64,000 nt of DNA from Alphaproteobacteria bacterium (lineage in GTDB: Bacteria; Pseudomonadota; Alphaproteobacteria; UBA9219). Below are positions 55,932 through 64,000 of the stretch, piece after piece. The notes beneath the pieces are model-generated. The model was not told the origin of the DNA and searched no databases. It saw nothing but the letters and a program-made list of their open reading frames with translations. The DNA lies in NCBI GenBank assembly GCA_033763555.1, contig JANRKK010000008.1, forward strand, positions 29-64,028, in the 5' to 3' direction. Position 1 is the first letter of the stretch, and every line of letters begins with the position of its first letter. Both the position numbers and the translations under genes were made by a program.

Positions 55932-57167
55932 GTGTCCACGCGTCCATCTTCGCCGTCCCGCCCGCACTCTAGCAAGAACCCGGCCGCGCTCAAGCCATCA
56001 CGGCGCGCGTCGCAAACGGCTGTGCTGCATCTATGCCCCGATCTGGAACCCGGCGACCCGGCGCGCGAAGCGGTTGAACTTGCCGTTCTGACGCAGCGTT
56101 CCGGCTGGCGTTCCCTTATCACCTCCGGCGGCGGGCCTTTGGTGACCGAAGCCGAACGCGCCGCCGTGCGCCATACCCGCATGCCGCTTGATCGCCGCGG
56201 CATTTTCACCAGCTGGCGCAACCGCGTGCATCTGGAAGCCCTGTTCCAGCGCGAACGGCCCGCACTGATTCATGCGCATGGGTTTGAAGTGCTGCCGCGC
56301 GCCTACAGCCTGGCGCGGACGCATCGCCTGCCGCTGGTGGTTGATCTGACACAGCCTTTGCCCGACCAGCCGCGCATCCACAGGCTGCTGGCGAATTTGG
56401 GCCGGGTTCAATGCCTGCTGCGCGTGCCATCGGACTATATGCTGAACCAGTTGCAGGATGTTTTTCAGGTTATTCCCGACTATATCCGCCCTGTTGCGCC
56501 GGGCGTCGACCTGCATTGGCATAATTCCGCCGCCATCAGCACCGAACGCATGCAGAATCTTACGCGCCTCTGGCGCCTGCCGGAACAGGCTACCGTTATC
56601 CTTGTGCCCATGCCGCTGTGCGAGGGCTTCGGGCACAGTATATTCCTGCAGGCGCTGGCCTCGATGAAAAGCGAAAATCTGTTCGCCGTTCTGATCGGCA
56701 CCGACCGCCAATCGCCCGGCCTGCGCGCGGAACTGGAAAATCAGGTCAATCAACTGGGTCTCAACGGCAAGATCGTCATGCCAGAATTTTGCATGGATTG
56801 GCCGACGGCCTTCTGGCTCGCCAGCGTCGTCGTCGCGCCGAACAGCCTGCCGCGCGGGCAGGCGCGCGAATTGCTGGCAGCGCAGGCGGTGGGGCGCCCG
56901 GTGATCGTTACGGATACAGGCGCCAACAGCGAAATGGTACGCAGCGGCGAAACCGCCTGGGTCATTCCGCCCGACAATGTGCAGGCGCTGGCGGATGCGC
57001 TGCGCGAAGCCATTCATCTGGATACCGAACAGCGCCTCGGCCTCGCCGAACATACGCGCGATTTCATTGCCGGAACTTTCCCGCAAGATGTCTGGTTCCA
57101 GGGCATTATGGAAATTTACCAGTCGCTGCTGCGCCTGCCCGCGCAGGTCAAGGCGAAGGCGGCTTAA
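55932..57167 (+). CDS. GT4 glycosyltransferase homolog with degenerate catalytic motifs (start uncertain)
   Basis: GT-B scaffold (SGGGPLV, LIHAH, PGVDL, AQAVGRPVI, E.V..GET) but no EX7E. Confidence 0.8.
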   Translation: MSTRPSSPSRPHSSKNPAALKPSRRASQTAVLHLCPDLEPGDPAREAVELAVLTQRSGWRSLITSGGGPLVTEAERAAVRHTRMPLDRRGIFTSWRNRVHLEALFQRERPALIHAHGFEVLPRAYSLARTHRLPLVVDLTQPLPDQPRIHRLLANLGRVQCLLRVPSDYMLNQLQDVFQVIPDYIRPVAPGVDLHWHNSAAISTERMQNLTRLWRLPEQATVILVPMPLCEGFGHSIFLQALASMKSENLFAVLIGTDRQSPGLRAELENQVNQLGLNGKIVMPEFCMDWPTAFWLASVVVAPNSLPRGQARELLAAQAVGRPVIVTDTGANSEMVRSGETAWVIPPDNVQALADALREAIHLDTEQRLGLAEHTRDFIAGTFPQDVWFQGIMEIYQSLLRLPAQVKAKAA

Positions 57168-58021
57168 CCCGCCTCGCCCGATAGCCAGTTTATATTCACG
57201 CCGCGATGTTCGGTTTGCAGGGCGTCGTGCAGCAAGGGGAAAAGCTTCCGCAGCCTTTCATCGAACTGCCAGGGCGGATTGATCAGGATAAAACCGCAAC
57301 CATTCAGGCGGTCATGCCGCGTTTCTTCGTGATAGATAAATTCGGCGCATAATTGCTTGGCGATGCCGCTGGCCGCCAGCGCTTCATGAAAGCGCCAGAT
57401 GGCCGGGCGTTCTTTCACAGGATACCAGATGGCATAGAGTCCCTGCGGCCAGCGGGCATAAGCCTCGCGGATCGCCTGCGCCAACCTGTCGAATTCATCC
57501 GGCGTTTCATAGGGCGGGTCGATCAGGACAAGCCCGCGCTTTTCCGGCAAAGGCAGAAAGCCGCGCAGAGCCTCATAGCCGTCACGGTGATGTACCTGCG
57601 TCTGGGCAAAGGGACGCATCTGCCGCCGGAGCGCCTCGGCATCGTCCCTATGCAATTCGCAGGCGATGAGGCGATCCTGCGATCGCAAAAGCCGCGCCAC
57701 AAGAAGCGGCGAGCCGGGATAGAACTGAAAGGCTTCCGCCGTTCCCGCCGACCAGCCGGGATTGAAATTTTTCAGCACATCGTAATAGGCGGCAAGATCA
57801 GGCACAGGCGGCGCGGTAAGCAGTTTATAAATGCCATCCTGCGCCTCGGATGTTTTTTGCGCACGTTCATCCTGCAAATCGTAAAACCCCGTTCCCGCAT
57901 GCGTATCCAGCACGCCGAAAGGCGTTTCCTTAAGGCGCAAATGCTCCAGCAACAAGGTTAAGACAACATGCTTAACGACGTCGCTGATGTTACCTGCATG
58001 ATAAATATGGCGGTAATTCAT
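57164..58021 (-). CDS. rlmJ: 23S rRNA (A2030-N6)-methyltransferase
   Basis: MNYRHIYHAGN..DVVKH, DTHAG.G.Y, YPGSP, LIDPPYE, INPPW. Confidence 0.96.
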   Translation of the reverse strand: MNYRHIYHAGNISDVVKHVVLTLLLEHLRLKETPFGVLDTHAGTGFYDLQDERAQKTSEAQDGIYKLLTAPPVPDLAAYYDVLKNFNPGWSAGTAEAFQFYPGSPLLVARLLRSQDRLIACELHRDDAEALRRQMRPFAQTQVHHRDGYEALRGFLPLPEKRGLVLIDPPYETPDEFDRLAQAIREAYARWPQGLYAIWYPVKERPAIWRFHEALAASGIAKQLCAEFIYHEETRHDRLNGCGFILINPPWQFDERLRKLFPLLHDALQTEHRGVNINWLSGEAG

Positions 58022-58085
58022 GTTGAAGACATGACGTCAAATCCGTAAAATTGTCCATATTTGAAATTTTTTCTGGCATTCTTTT

Positions 58086-59729
58086 ATGAAGATCGCGCAA
58101 CGTTTTTTATTATCCATTGCCTTTCAAGCGGCAGCCTTGGCCGTGTCCAGCCGTGCGCTTGCCGAGCCGCTGGCAACTTCTGCTGAAATTCCTCCCCCCG
58201 ACATGATGTCGCGCGCTTCCACCCTTGACCTTATGCCCGATAGATGGCGGCAGCTGATGCCTGAGGCCCGGATCATACCACCCATGATCCCCAATCTGCC
58301 CGGCGTGAGTTATCGCGGCTGGCGATTTATCGCCCTGCCCGACGCTACAGCAAGCCCGGCCTATCAACTGGCTCCCCTGCTGCCGGATGCGCCGGGCGCG
58401 GCAGAAAAACTGGCGGTTTTCCTGAAGCCCGCTAAAGGTAAAAAGGTACCCTCGGTGACCGACATTGCTTTTTACTTCGCGGCAGCGGGCGGCTGGATCG
58501 ACACTGAAAAATATTTGATGCAGGAGTCAGGTGTTGCGCACAAGGCTGCTCTGCTCAGCTTCACGCTGATGGCAACCACACTGTCCGATCAGGACGCCGT
58601 GAATGCGGCATCCATTAGGGCGAAAGCCGCCGCTAAAGGCGCAGAACGCCGCGCCGCCTACAATGAGCTCTATACGGCAACCGCCTTGCAAAAAACGCAT
58701 CATGATTTCTTTATCTGGCTGGCTCAGCAATACCAAAATGCTGAAACACTGGAAGGCCTGACCGTCAATGCTGTTCTGGGGGAAACAAGGCAAATTCTAC
58801 AGATCCGCAAAAAGGCAAAACCGACGCTGACATTTACTGGTGAATCCCTATCCGCAGCTGCGGATCTTATTGTGGGCGGCGTACTTAAAAAACAGGCGCA
58901 GCAAGTGGCCGAGTTCCGGAAGACATATGCGGCTTTTGACGCGCGGATCGATGCTGCCCTGCAGGCGGCCTGCAACGCCGCCGATTTGCATGAATCTATT
59001 GGCTATGGGATCGCGGGTTCGGAAAGTCTCTTTAAGCCAGAGATTGTCAATGTTGATACAGGTGCGACAGGGCTTTTCCAATATAAGGAACAGTCCTGGT
59101 TGCAGGCGATCAAGGTCCTGCCACAGAGCCGATATGGGCTCGCGATTCTCGATGCCTCTCCCGCTTTGCGTGAAATCCTTAAATGTATTGTCCCCACAGG
59201 CAAAGACAGCAATGGGCGCACGCTGTATGGCGTCGCCAATAAAAATCAATGCAAGACTGTTATGGCTGCGCGGCGCGACCCGGCGTTGAATGCCTTTGTC
59301 GGCATGAGCGAAGCGCGAACAAGTTTTATTGTTCTACAAACGCGACTGGGGCGTGACCCGAAACCATCGGAAATGTGGCTGGCAAATATTCTCAGTCCGG
59401 CGCGGACGGCGGATTTTATATTGGCAGCCGTCAAGAATCCGGAAGGAACAGTTGACCAATTGCTGGACGCCAAGGGGAATCGCCTGATTTCCGATCCGAT
59501 GGTTCAGCAGAATTATCTCTTCCGCGATATTCGAGACCGACAGGCTGTTCCCACGCTTGCTGCTAATGTTCTGCGACGCGCCGAAGCACAGGTAAATGAA
59601 GTCATAACGGGCATTGTGCTTTCAGGTGCACCGCCACAGACCATTCAGGAGTTGCGGGAAAAAGTCATCCTGACTTGCAATCCACCTCTGCCGCGCGACA
59701 TCTACCCGGGTAACCGCCCGGCGCCTTAA
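58086..59729 (+). CDS. Secreted protein with SLT-like lytic transglycosylase domain
   Basis: Signal peptide; IAGSESLFKP (catalytic ES), ATGLFQY..QSWL, RRDPALNA. Confidence 0.7.
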   Translation: MKIAQRFLLSIAFQAAALAVSSRALAEPLATSAEIPPPDMMSRASTLDLMPDRWRQLMPEARIIPPMIPNLPGVSYRGWRFIALPDATASPAYQLAPLLPDAPGAAEKLAVFLKPAKGKKVPSVTDIAFYFAAAGGWIDTEKYLMQESGVAHKAALLSFTLMATTLSDQDAVNAASIRAKAAAKGAERRAAYNELYTATALQKTHHDFFIWLAQQYQNAETLEGLTVNAVLGETRQILQIRKKAKPTLTFTGESLSAAADLIVGGVLKKQAQQVAEFRKTYAAFDARIDAALQAACNAADLHESIGYGIAGSESLFKPEIVNVDTGATGLFQYKEQSWLQAIKVLPQSRYGLAILDASPALREILKCIVPTGKDSNGRTLYGVANKNQCKTVMAARRDPALNAFVGMSEARTSFIVLQTRLGRDPKPSEMWLANILSPARTADFILAAVKNPEGTVDQLLDAKGNRLISDPMVQQNYLFRDIRDRQAVPTLAANVLRRAEAQVNEVITGIVLSGAPPQTIQELREKVILTCNPPLPRDIYPGNRPAP

Positions 59730-59734
59730 TCAGG

Positions 59735-60202
59735 CTAGTTCGATGGCGGGCGAAGAACCTGGTCAGCTGGCAAGGGAATGCCGTTTTCCATGTTCATCGT
59801 AGGTGCGGATGAAGGAGAAGAAAATGTCGGCAAGCGGTTTCCTGCTCCGACAAAACGCCCCAATCCGTAAAGCCCCATAAAAATCACAAGAACAACAACG
59901 GCCGTTATACCCAAGGTCCAACGCAGCCAGCGCAACCGCTTACGCAAAAGTACCTTATGCGTCTGCCCGAAAGCTTCTTCCGCATCTTCGCGCGCGAGAA
60001 AACGGGCGATCGCATAAAATTCTCCCTTGGGCGAGGTAACGCCCAATTCCCAATCGCCTTCATCGCCCTGCAGGGCCAGTGTAAAGCTGTGGTTCCGCTC
60101 CAGATCAAAGCGCCAGATCAGCGGCGGATTGGCCTTGTGGTAGGCAGCGACCAGAGTGGCACCAACTCTTTTCGTTTCAACGGGTTTTTTCTGCAGCAAC
60201 AT
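59735..60202 (-). CDS. Single-TM hypothetical protein co-oriented with icmP
   Basis: Starts 2 nt after the icmP stop; basic stretch then TM, C-terminal GIPLPAD. Confidence 0.8.
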   Translation of the reverse strand: MLLQKKPVETKRVGATLVAAYHKANPPLIWRFDLERNHSFTLALQGDEGDWELGVTSPKGEFYAIARFLAREDAEEAFGQTHKVLLRKRLRWLRWTLGITAVVVLVIFMGLYGLGRFVGAGNRLPTFSSPSSAPTMNMENGIPLPADQVLRPPSN

Positions 60203-60204
60203 GC

Positions 60205-61440
60205 TTATGTCCTTGCTTGTGATTCCCCTTCGCGCGGCGGAATCGGCTGGTTCGATGATGCCAGATATTGGTTGAGCGTGACAATCGCCGTGTCGACGCG
60301 CGGGATTGGCAGGGGTTTGCGGGCATTCTGCTCGGCCATGAAATGCGCCATCGCCCCGGCCCCCTCGGTATGGAAGGAACGGCGACCCAGATTATTCATG
60401 GGATACCAGAGGGTACGGTCAACCGCGCGCAGCCAGAGAAAATGCGCAGGCGCCAGAACACCACCCATAAAACGCGCCCAACGGAGCGTGCCAAGCATGG
60501 CGGTCGCCCGGTAGGCATGCTGATCGGCGGATTTTATGGCTTCACCGCCAATGGCAGAATCGCGGTTGATACGGCGGACTTCATCCATGATGGTAGAAGG
60601 CAAGTTTAACCCACCGCTCGATGACCAGCAGAGCGACAGACGACCGAGCAGATTGTCGCTGTCTTCGCGTTTCTGTACGCCTTTCAAGGCAAAAGCGGCA
60701 AACAATGCCTGAACATAGGGCGGTGTGGTATCGATTCCGTTCCAGCGCGGCCCAAGCTGCAGCAGGAAAGCGCGGCGCGCGGCCTCGCGATCAGGAATAC
60801 CGTTGACGACCGGAATGCGGTGCCATGCAATCCATTCCTCCGGTGACAGAGCTTCAGCGAAAGGCGGCAGTTTTTCGGGCACTGGATCGCCAGGCCGTCG
60901 TGCGCTAAATTTCGACGGGTTGAAATTGACGATCGGCGAAATCACAGGCCACATTTTGGACTGTACCTTGATGAAGCTTTCCAGCGTATGCGTTGTCCGG
61001 AACTTGTTCCGGCGCGAGAAGAACACCATATGAACGCCGACCACGGCACAGGCAGCCGCAAGCAGCCAACGATCATAGCTCGTGACCAGCTTTCCTATGT
61101 CCGCAAGTCCCGCAACCGACAGGCTATAGCGATCGACGGATTCAGCAGCAGGCAACTGGGTCAGATAGCCAATACCGAAACATTCATGCGCCGCGCTAAT
61201 AACGGCAGGCGGCGGGCTGGTCACGCCATATTGCACGGCCTGAAGCCAATCGAGGCAGGCACCATGATTGCCTGTGAAAAGATGAATAATCCAGATCTCG
61301 CCGAACCGCAGCCAGCGCAAAGCTTCCAGCAAAGGCAGCTTGAAAAAATGCCACACCAGCCAGAGCGCCAAAAAAATGGCGATGAACAGCAGAAGCATTG
61401 TCCAGGTCGGTTCGTTGTTATTGCCCGAAGATTGGCTCAT
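60205..61440 (-). CDS. icmP: Type IVB secretion coupling-complex protein IcmP/DotM (TrbA-like)
   Basis: N-terminal TMs; QLGPRW, GVLAPAHFLWLRAVDRTLWYPMNNLGR...EGAGAMAHFMAE. Confidence 0.9.
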   Translation of the reverse strand: MSQSSGNNNEPTWTMLLLFIAIFLALWLVWHFFKLPLLEALRWLRFGEIWIIHLFTGNHGACLDWLQAVQYGVTSPPPAVISAAHECFGIGYLTQLPAAESVDRYSLSVAGLADIGKLVTSYDRWLLAAACAVVGVHMVFFSRRNKFRTTHTLESFIKVQSKMWPVISPIVNFNPSKFSARRPGDPVPEKLPPFAEALSPEEWIAWHRIPVVNGIPDREAARRAFLLQLGPRWNGIDTTPPYVQALFAAFALKGVQKREDSDNLLGRLSLCWSSSGGLNLPSTIMDEVRRINRDSAIGGEAIKSADQHAYRATAMLGTLRWARFMGGVLAPAHFLWLRAVDRTLWYPMNNLGRRSFHTEGAGAMAHFMAEQNARKPLPIPRVDTAIVTLNQYLASSNQPIPPREGESQART

Positions 61441-61462
61441 GAAACGGCCTTATTCCGTTATC

Positions 61463-64000
61463 TCAGGGTTTTGCTGCCTTCGACACATCGTCACTGTCAT
61501 AGGCATGCGCGATCAATTCTTTCGATAATTCCTCAATCACCGTGCTGGTTGCGCCAGATTCTACTTCGCCTTTTTCCGCCAGCATGATAACGCGGCGGCG
61601 GATCTCCTGCCGCGCCGAACCGTTAGGGAAATATTTGGCAAGAACCTGACGTCCCCGGGATGCACCCAGCGCCGTGTAAAGCTTATTGCGCAGATGGACG
61701 TCCTCGACCGAGGTTGAAAGCGCCCATAATTCGATGGGGCCAAGCGTGTTGACAAGATGCTGTTCATAGAGCCCCTCAGTCGTCAGCAGCAAGAGCAGCA
61801 CGGGCGCACCCGTTGAACGCGGGCCCGTCAGGCGGTAGCGCATGATCCAGCGCGCTGTATCCGACAGGCCGAAACGCTCGGCGGTTTCCGACACGGCGCG
61901 GTCGGACACAGCTGTACCGCAGACCCATATACCCGTGGCAAGGTCGACCATGTCCTTGCTGAAATCGTCCAAAAGCTGTGACGCCAGAACGATCTGCACA
62001 CCCCATTTACGGCCTTCGCGAACGTCGCGCACGACCTGCGAACGCACCGCTGCCGTTTTGCTGGTGCGGTGAAACTCGTCGAAGCAAATACGCTTCGGCG
62101 TTTCGCGGATATCGTTGATACGCGCTTCGTGAAAGGGACGGTATTTCTCAGGCACAGCGCGAAGAATATCGGGCCCCAGCCACCAGGAACGGATCAGCGC
62201 ATGCCGCGCCAGCATGTACATGATCGCCGTTTGGCGGTCGGCCAGATCATCGCCCTGCGGCGCGACGTCCTGCAAATCGACGGCAACGACACGCGAACTG
62301 CCAATTTCAAAGCGCGTCACCGAAGCGAGAATGGGGAATTCACGCACGCCCGAAGTGATCATACGCTCGAACGCATGAATGATGGTTTCGGAGGAGGAAC
62401 TGACTTGCGCTTCTTCGAGCAGCGAGCGTATCTGCGGGCGCCGTGCGGCAGTCACAGCATCGACCAAAGTCGGTACGGCATAGCGCTGGGCAATACTGGC
62501 TTCGTGATGCGCGCCTTTTTCATACAAGGCATCGACGACATCCCACCAATAGGGATCGGCGGGCAGATGAATATTGAATTTTGCCAGCGCGTCATCAACC
62601 TCGGACTCAACACGCACCAGATAGGGTCGCGGTTCGGTGTTCGCGCCGCTGTCATCGCGCCAACGATACATTTCATCGACGCAAAGCCCAGCCAGCTGCG
62701 ACATACCGTCATAGGGCTGACCCTGGCCCGCTGGTGTGCAAAGCAGCGTCAAAAGTTCGGTCAGATAAGCGCGTTCTTCCGGCAGCGGATAACGGCAACC
62801 CAGCTGCGTATCGAACGGGTTGATGGCGTAGTCCGGCGTCATACGCAGCTTGAAGTGCAGCGCTTCATGGCGGCGCTCCAGCGGCAGCGCGTCACGAATG
62901 AGCGAGATCAACCCCGATGATGAAGGGCCGATATCAAGAATGGCGATGAAAGGAAGCTTGTTGGAGCCGCTCGACAGAATGGTGCCGATGTTCAAGGCGT
63001 TCATCAGAACGGATTTACCCGAGCCCGGCTGCGCGAAGATCAGATCAAACCAGGCGGTCGTCAGGCTGCTGCCCATTTGGTAGGGCCAGAGGCGGCCATC
63101 AGGCGTGCGCAGCAACACAGGGCCTTCCTGGAAAGGCGACGAGGCGCGCTGCCAAGGCAATAACTTGATCACTTCATGGAAGGGCGCAATCGCCGCCGGA
63201 GCTGTGGAGGCACAGGCAATGCCAAGCACCGATGACATCGCGGCCTCCAGAGGGTCGCCGCCCGCCGAAGATGCCTGCGCATACCCCCAGGCTTCCAGCG
63301 CCTGCATCAACGCGCCAAGGCGCATTTCCAGAAGCTTGCGGTCATTGGCGGGTGCATAAGTTGCAAGAGATACGCGCAGCTTCACAATCGGTTCGCTTTG
63401 CGCCAGTTGTTGCAATGCGCGCAGCGATTCACGGATCTGGCGATTGACCTCATTGGTGAAGGCCAGAATGGCGGCAGCGAAGGAACGGAAACCCGCACCT
63501 TGGGCGCCTGCGCTTTCGATCAGGAAAGAAATGCGGAACGGTACATCATTGTCGATGAGGCGTGCCAGCAATTGCGGGAAGGGCGAAGGCTCGGCCGGAG
63601 CCAACGTCATATCCACGCCCGCCCACAGAAGATTGCCGATGCGCACGATGGAGGGCGAAACAATCGTCGCCTCACCCGTGCAAAGCTGTTGCCGCAAAGG
63701 CGGCCAGAGAACATCCGAAGCATCCTTGTTGCCATGCTGTGGCGCCCGCGGCAGCAGCGGATCGCCCGGCAAATTGGCGCGCCATTCATCATGGCCGATT
63801 TGGGGATAAAGGCTGGTACGCACAGCCGCCAACGCTTCATGCGATGTCAGCAGCTTGACCCGCATGGTGATTTCCTCAAGCGCGGCAACCACCGAACCGA
63901 CATAGCTTTTATGCCGTGTCCGCAGGGCTTCCAGCCCCTGCATCGGGTATTGCGCATCCTGCGCGGCGACCCATTTTTGCTTGGCGCGCTGATCAATCGC
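61463..64000 (-). CDS. icmB: Type IVB secretion ATPase IcmB/DotO (TraU-like), 5'-truncated by window edge
   Basis: LPWQRASSP, RTPDGR.WPY, Walker A AQPGSGKS, INPFDTQLGCR.P, Walker B FDEFHRT, REGRKW, GPIELWALST; frame open to 64000. Confidence 0.93.
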   Translation of the reverse strand, partial: AIDQRAKQKWVAAQDAQYPMQGLEALRTRHKSYVGSVVAALEEITMRVKLLTSHEALAAVRTSLYPQIGHDEWRANLPGDPLLPRAPQHGNKDASDVLWPPLRQQLCTGEATIVSPSIVRIGNLLWAGVDMTLAPAEPSPFPQLLARLIDNDVPFRISFLIESAGAQGAGFRSFAAAILAFTNEVNRQIRESLRALQQLAQSEPIVKLRVSLATYAPANDRKLLEMRLGALMQALEAWGYAQASSAGGDPLEAAMSSVLGIACASTAPAAIAPFHEVIKLLPWQRASSPFQEGPVLLRTPDGRLWPYQMGSSLTTAWFDLIFAQPGSGKSVLMNALNIGTILSSGSNKLPFIAILDIGPSSSGLISLIRDALPLERRHEALHFKLRMTPDYAINPFDTQLGCRYPLPEERAYLTELLTLLCTPAGQGQPYDGMSQLAGLCVDEMYRWRDDSGANTEPRPYLVRVESEVDDALAKFNIHLPADPYWWDVVDALYEKGAHHEASIAQRYAVPTLVDAVTAARRPQIRSLLEEAQVSSSSETIIHAFERMITSGVREFPILASVTRFEIGSSRVVAVDLQDVAPQGDDLADRQTAIMYMLARHALIRSWWLGPDILRAVPEKYRPFHEARINDIRETPKRICFDEFHRTSKTAAVRSQVVRDVREGRKWGVQIVLASQLLDDFSKDMVDLATGIWVCGTAVSDRAVSETAERFGLSDTARWIMRYRLTGPRSTGAPVLLLLLTTEGLYEQHLVNTLGPIELWALSTSVEDVHLRNKLYTALGASRGRQVLAKYFPNGSARQEIRRRVIMLAEKGEVESGATSTVIEELSKELIAHAYDSDDVSKAAKP

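Noticed and set aside
55928-55932. Head-to-head starts only 3 nt apart
   Set aside because: The GT4 start is uncertain; a downstream in-frame GTG near 56022 would give a normal spacer

Overview
This is a chromosomal window from a GC-rich alphaproteobacterium; gene content suggests a Rhodospirillales/Micavibrio-like lineage (inference). The housekeeping backbone runs: gap 3' end, ccmF/G-ccmH-ccmI, tRNA-Ser, putA, recO, yceI-cytb561-yceI, PMM/PGM, two Flp pilins, cobS-like, HU, tRNA-Val, tRNA-Asp, rpsB-tsf-pyrH-frr-uppS-cdsA-dxr, aroQ-accB, dsbA, coaBC-dut, pgsA-uvrC, dac, phasin, pyrD, lysS, ndk, purN, GST and rlmJ. It ends in type IVB (Dot/Icm) genes icmP/dotM and a partial icmB/dotO, beside a lytic-transglycosylase-like gene. 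Three things stand out. (1) Two families of palindromic REP/RPE-like repeats occur between genes and also in frame inside ccmF and ccmH, in an operon where CcmF is fused to CcmG. (2) About 14 visibly AT-richer orphan genes are wedged into conserved operons: ankyrin, J-domain, HExxH, paired atypical receivers, small hydrophobic-hairpin proteins and a new 38-aa repeat pair. They may be a dispersed Dot/Icm substrate repertoire. (3) Apparent pseudoenzymes (CobS-like, GT4) and readable regulatory sites (CtrA, sigma54, RpoH, PhaR, palindromic operators) are present. No CRISPR array, integrase or transposase was seen. All calls come from motif recognition by eye, with no database search.
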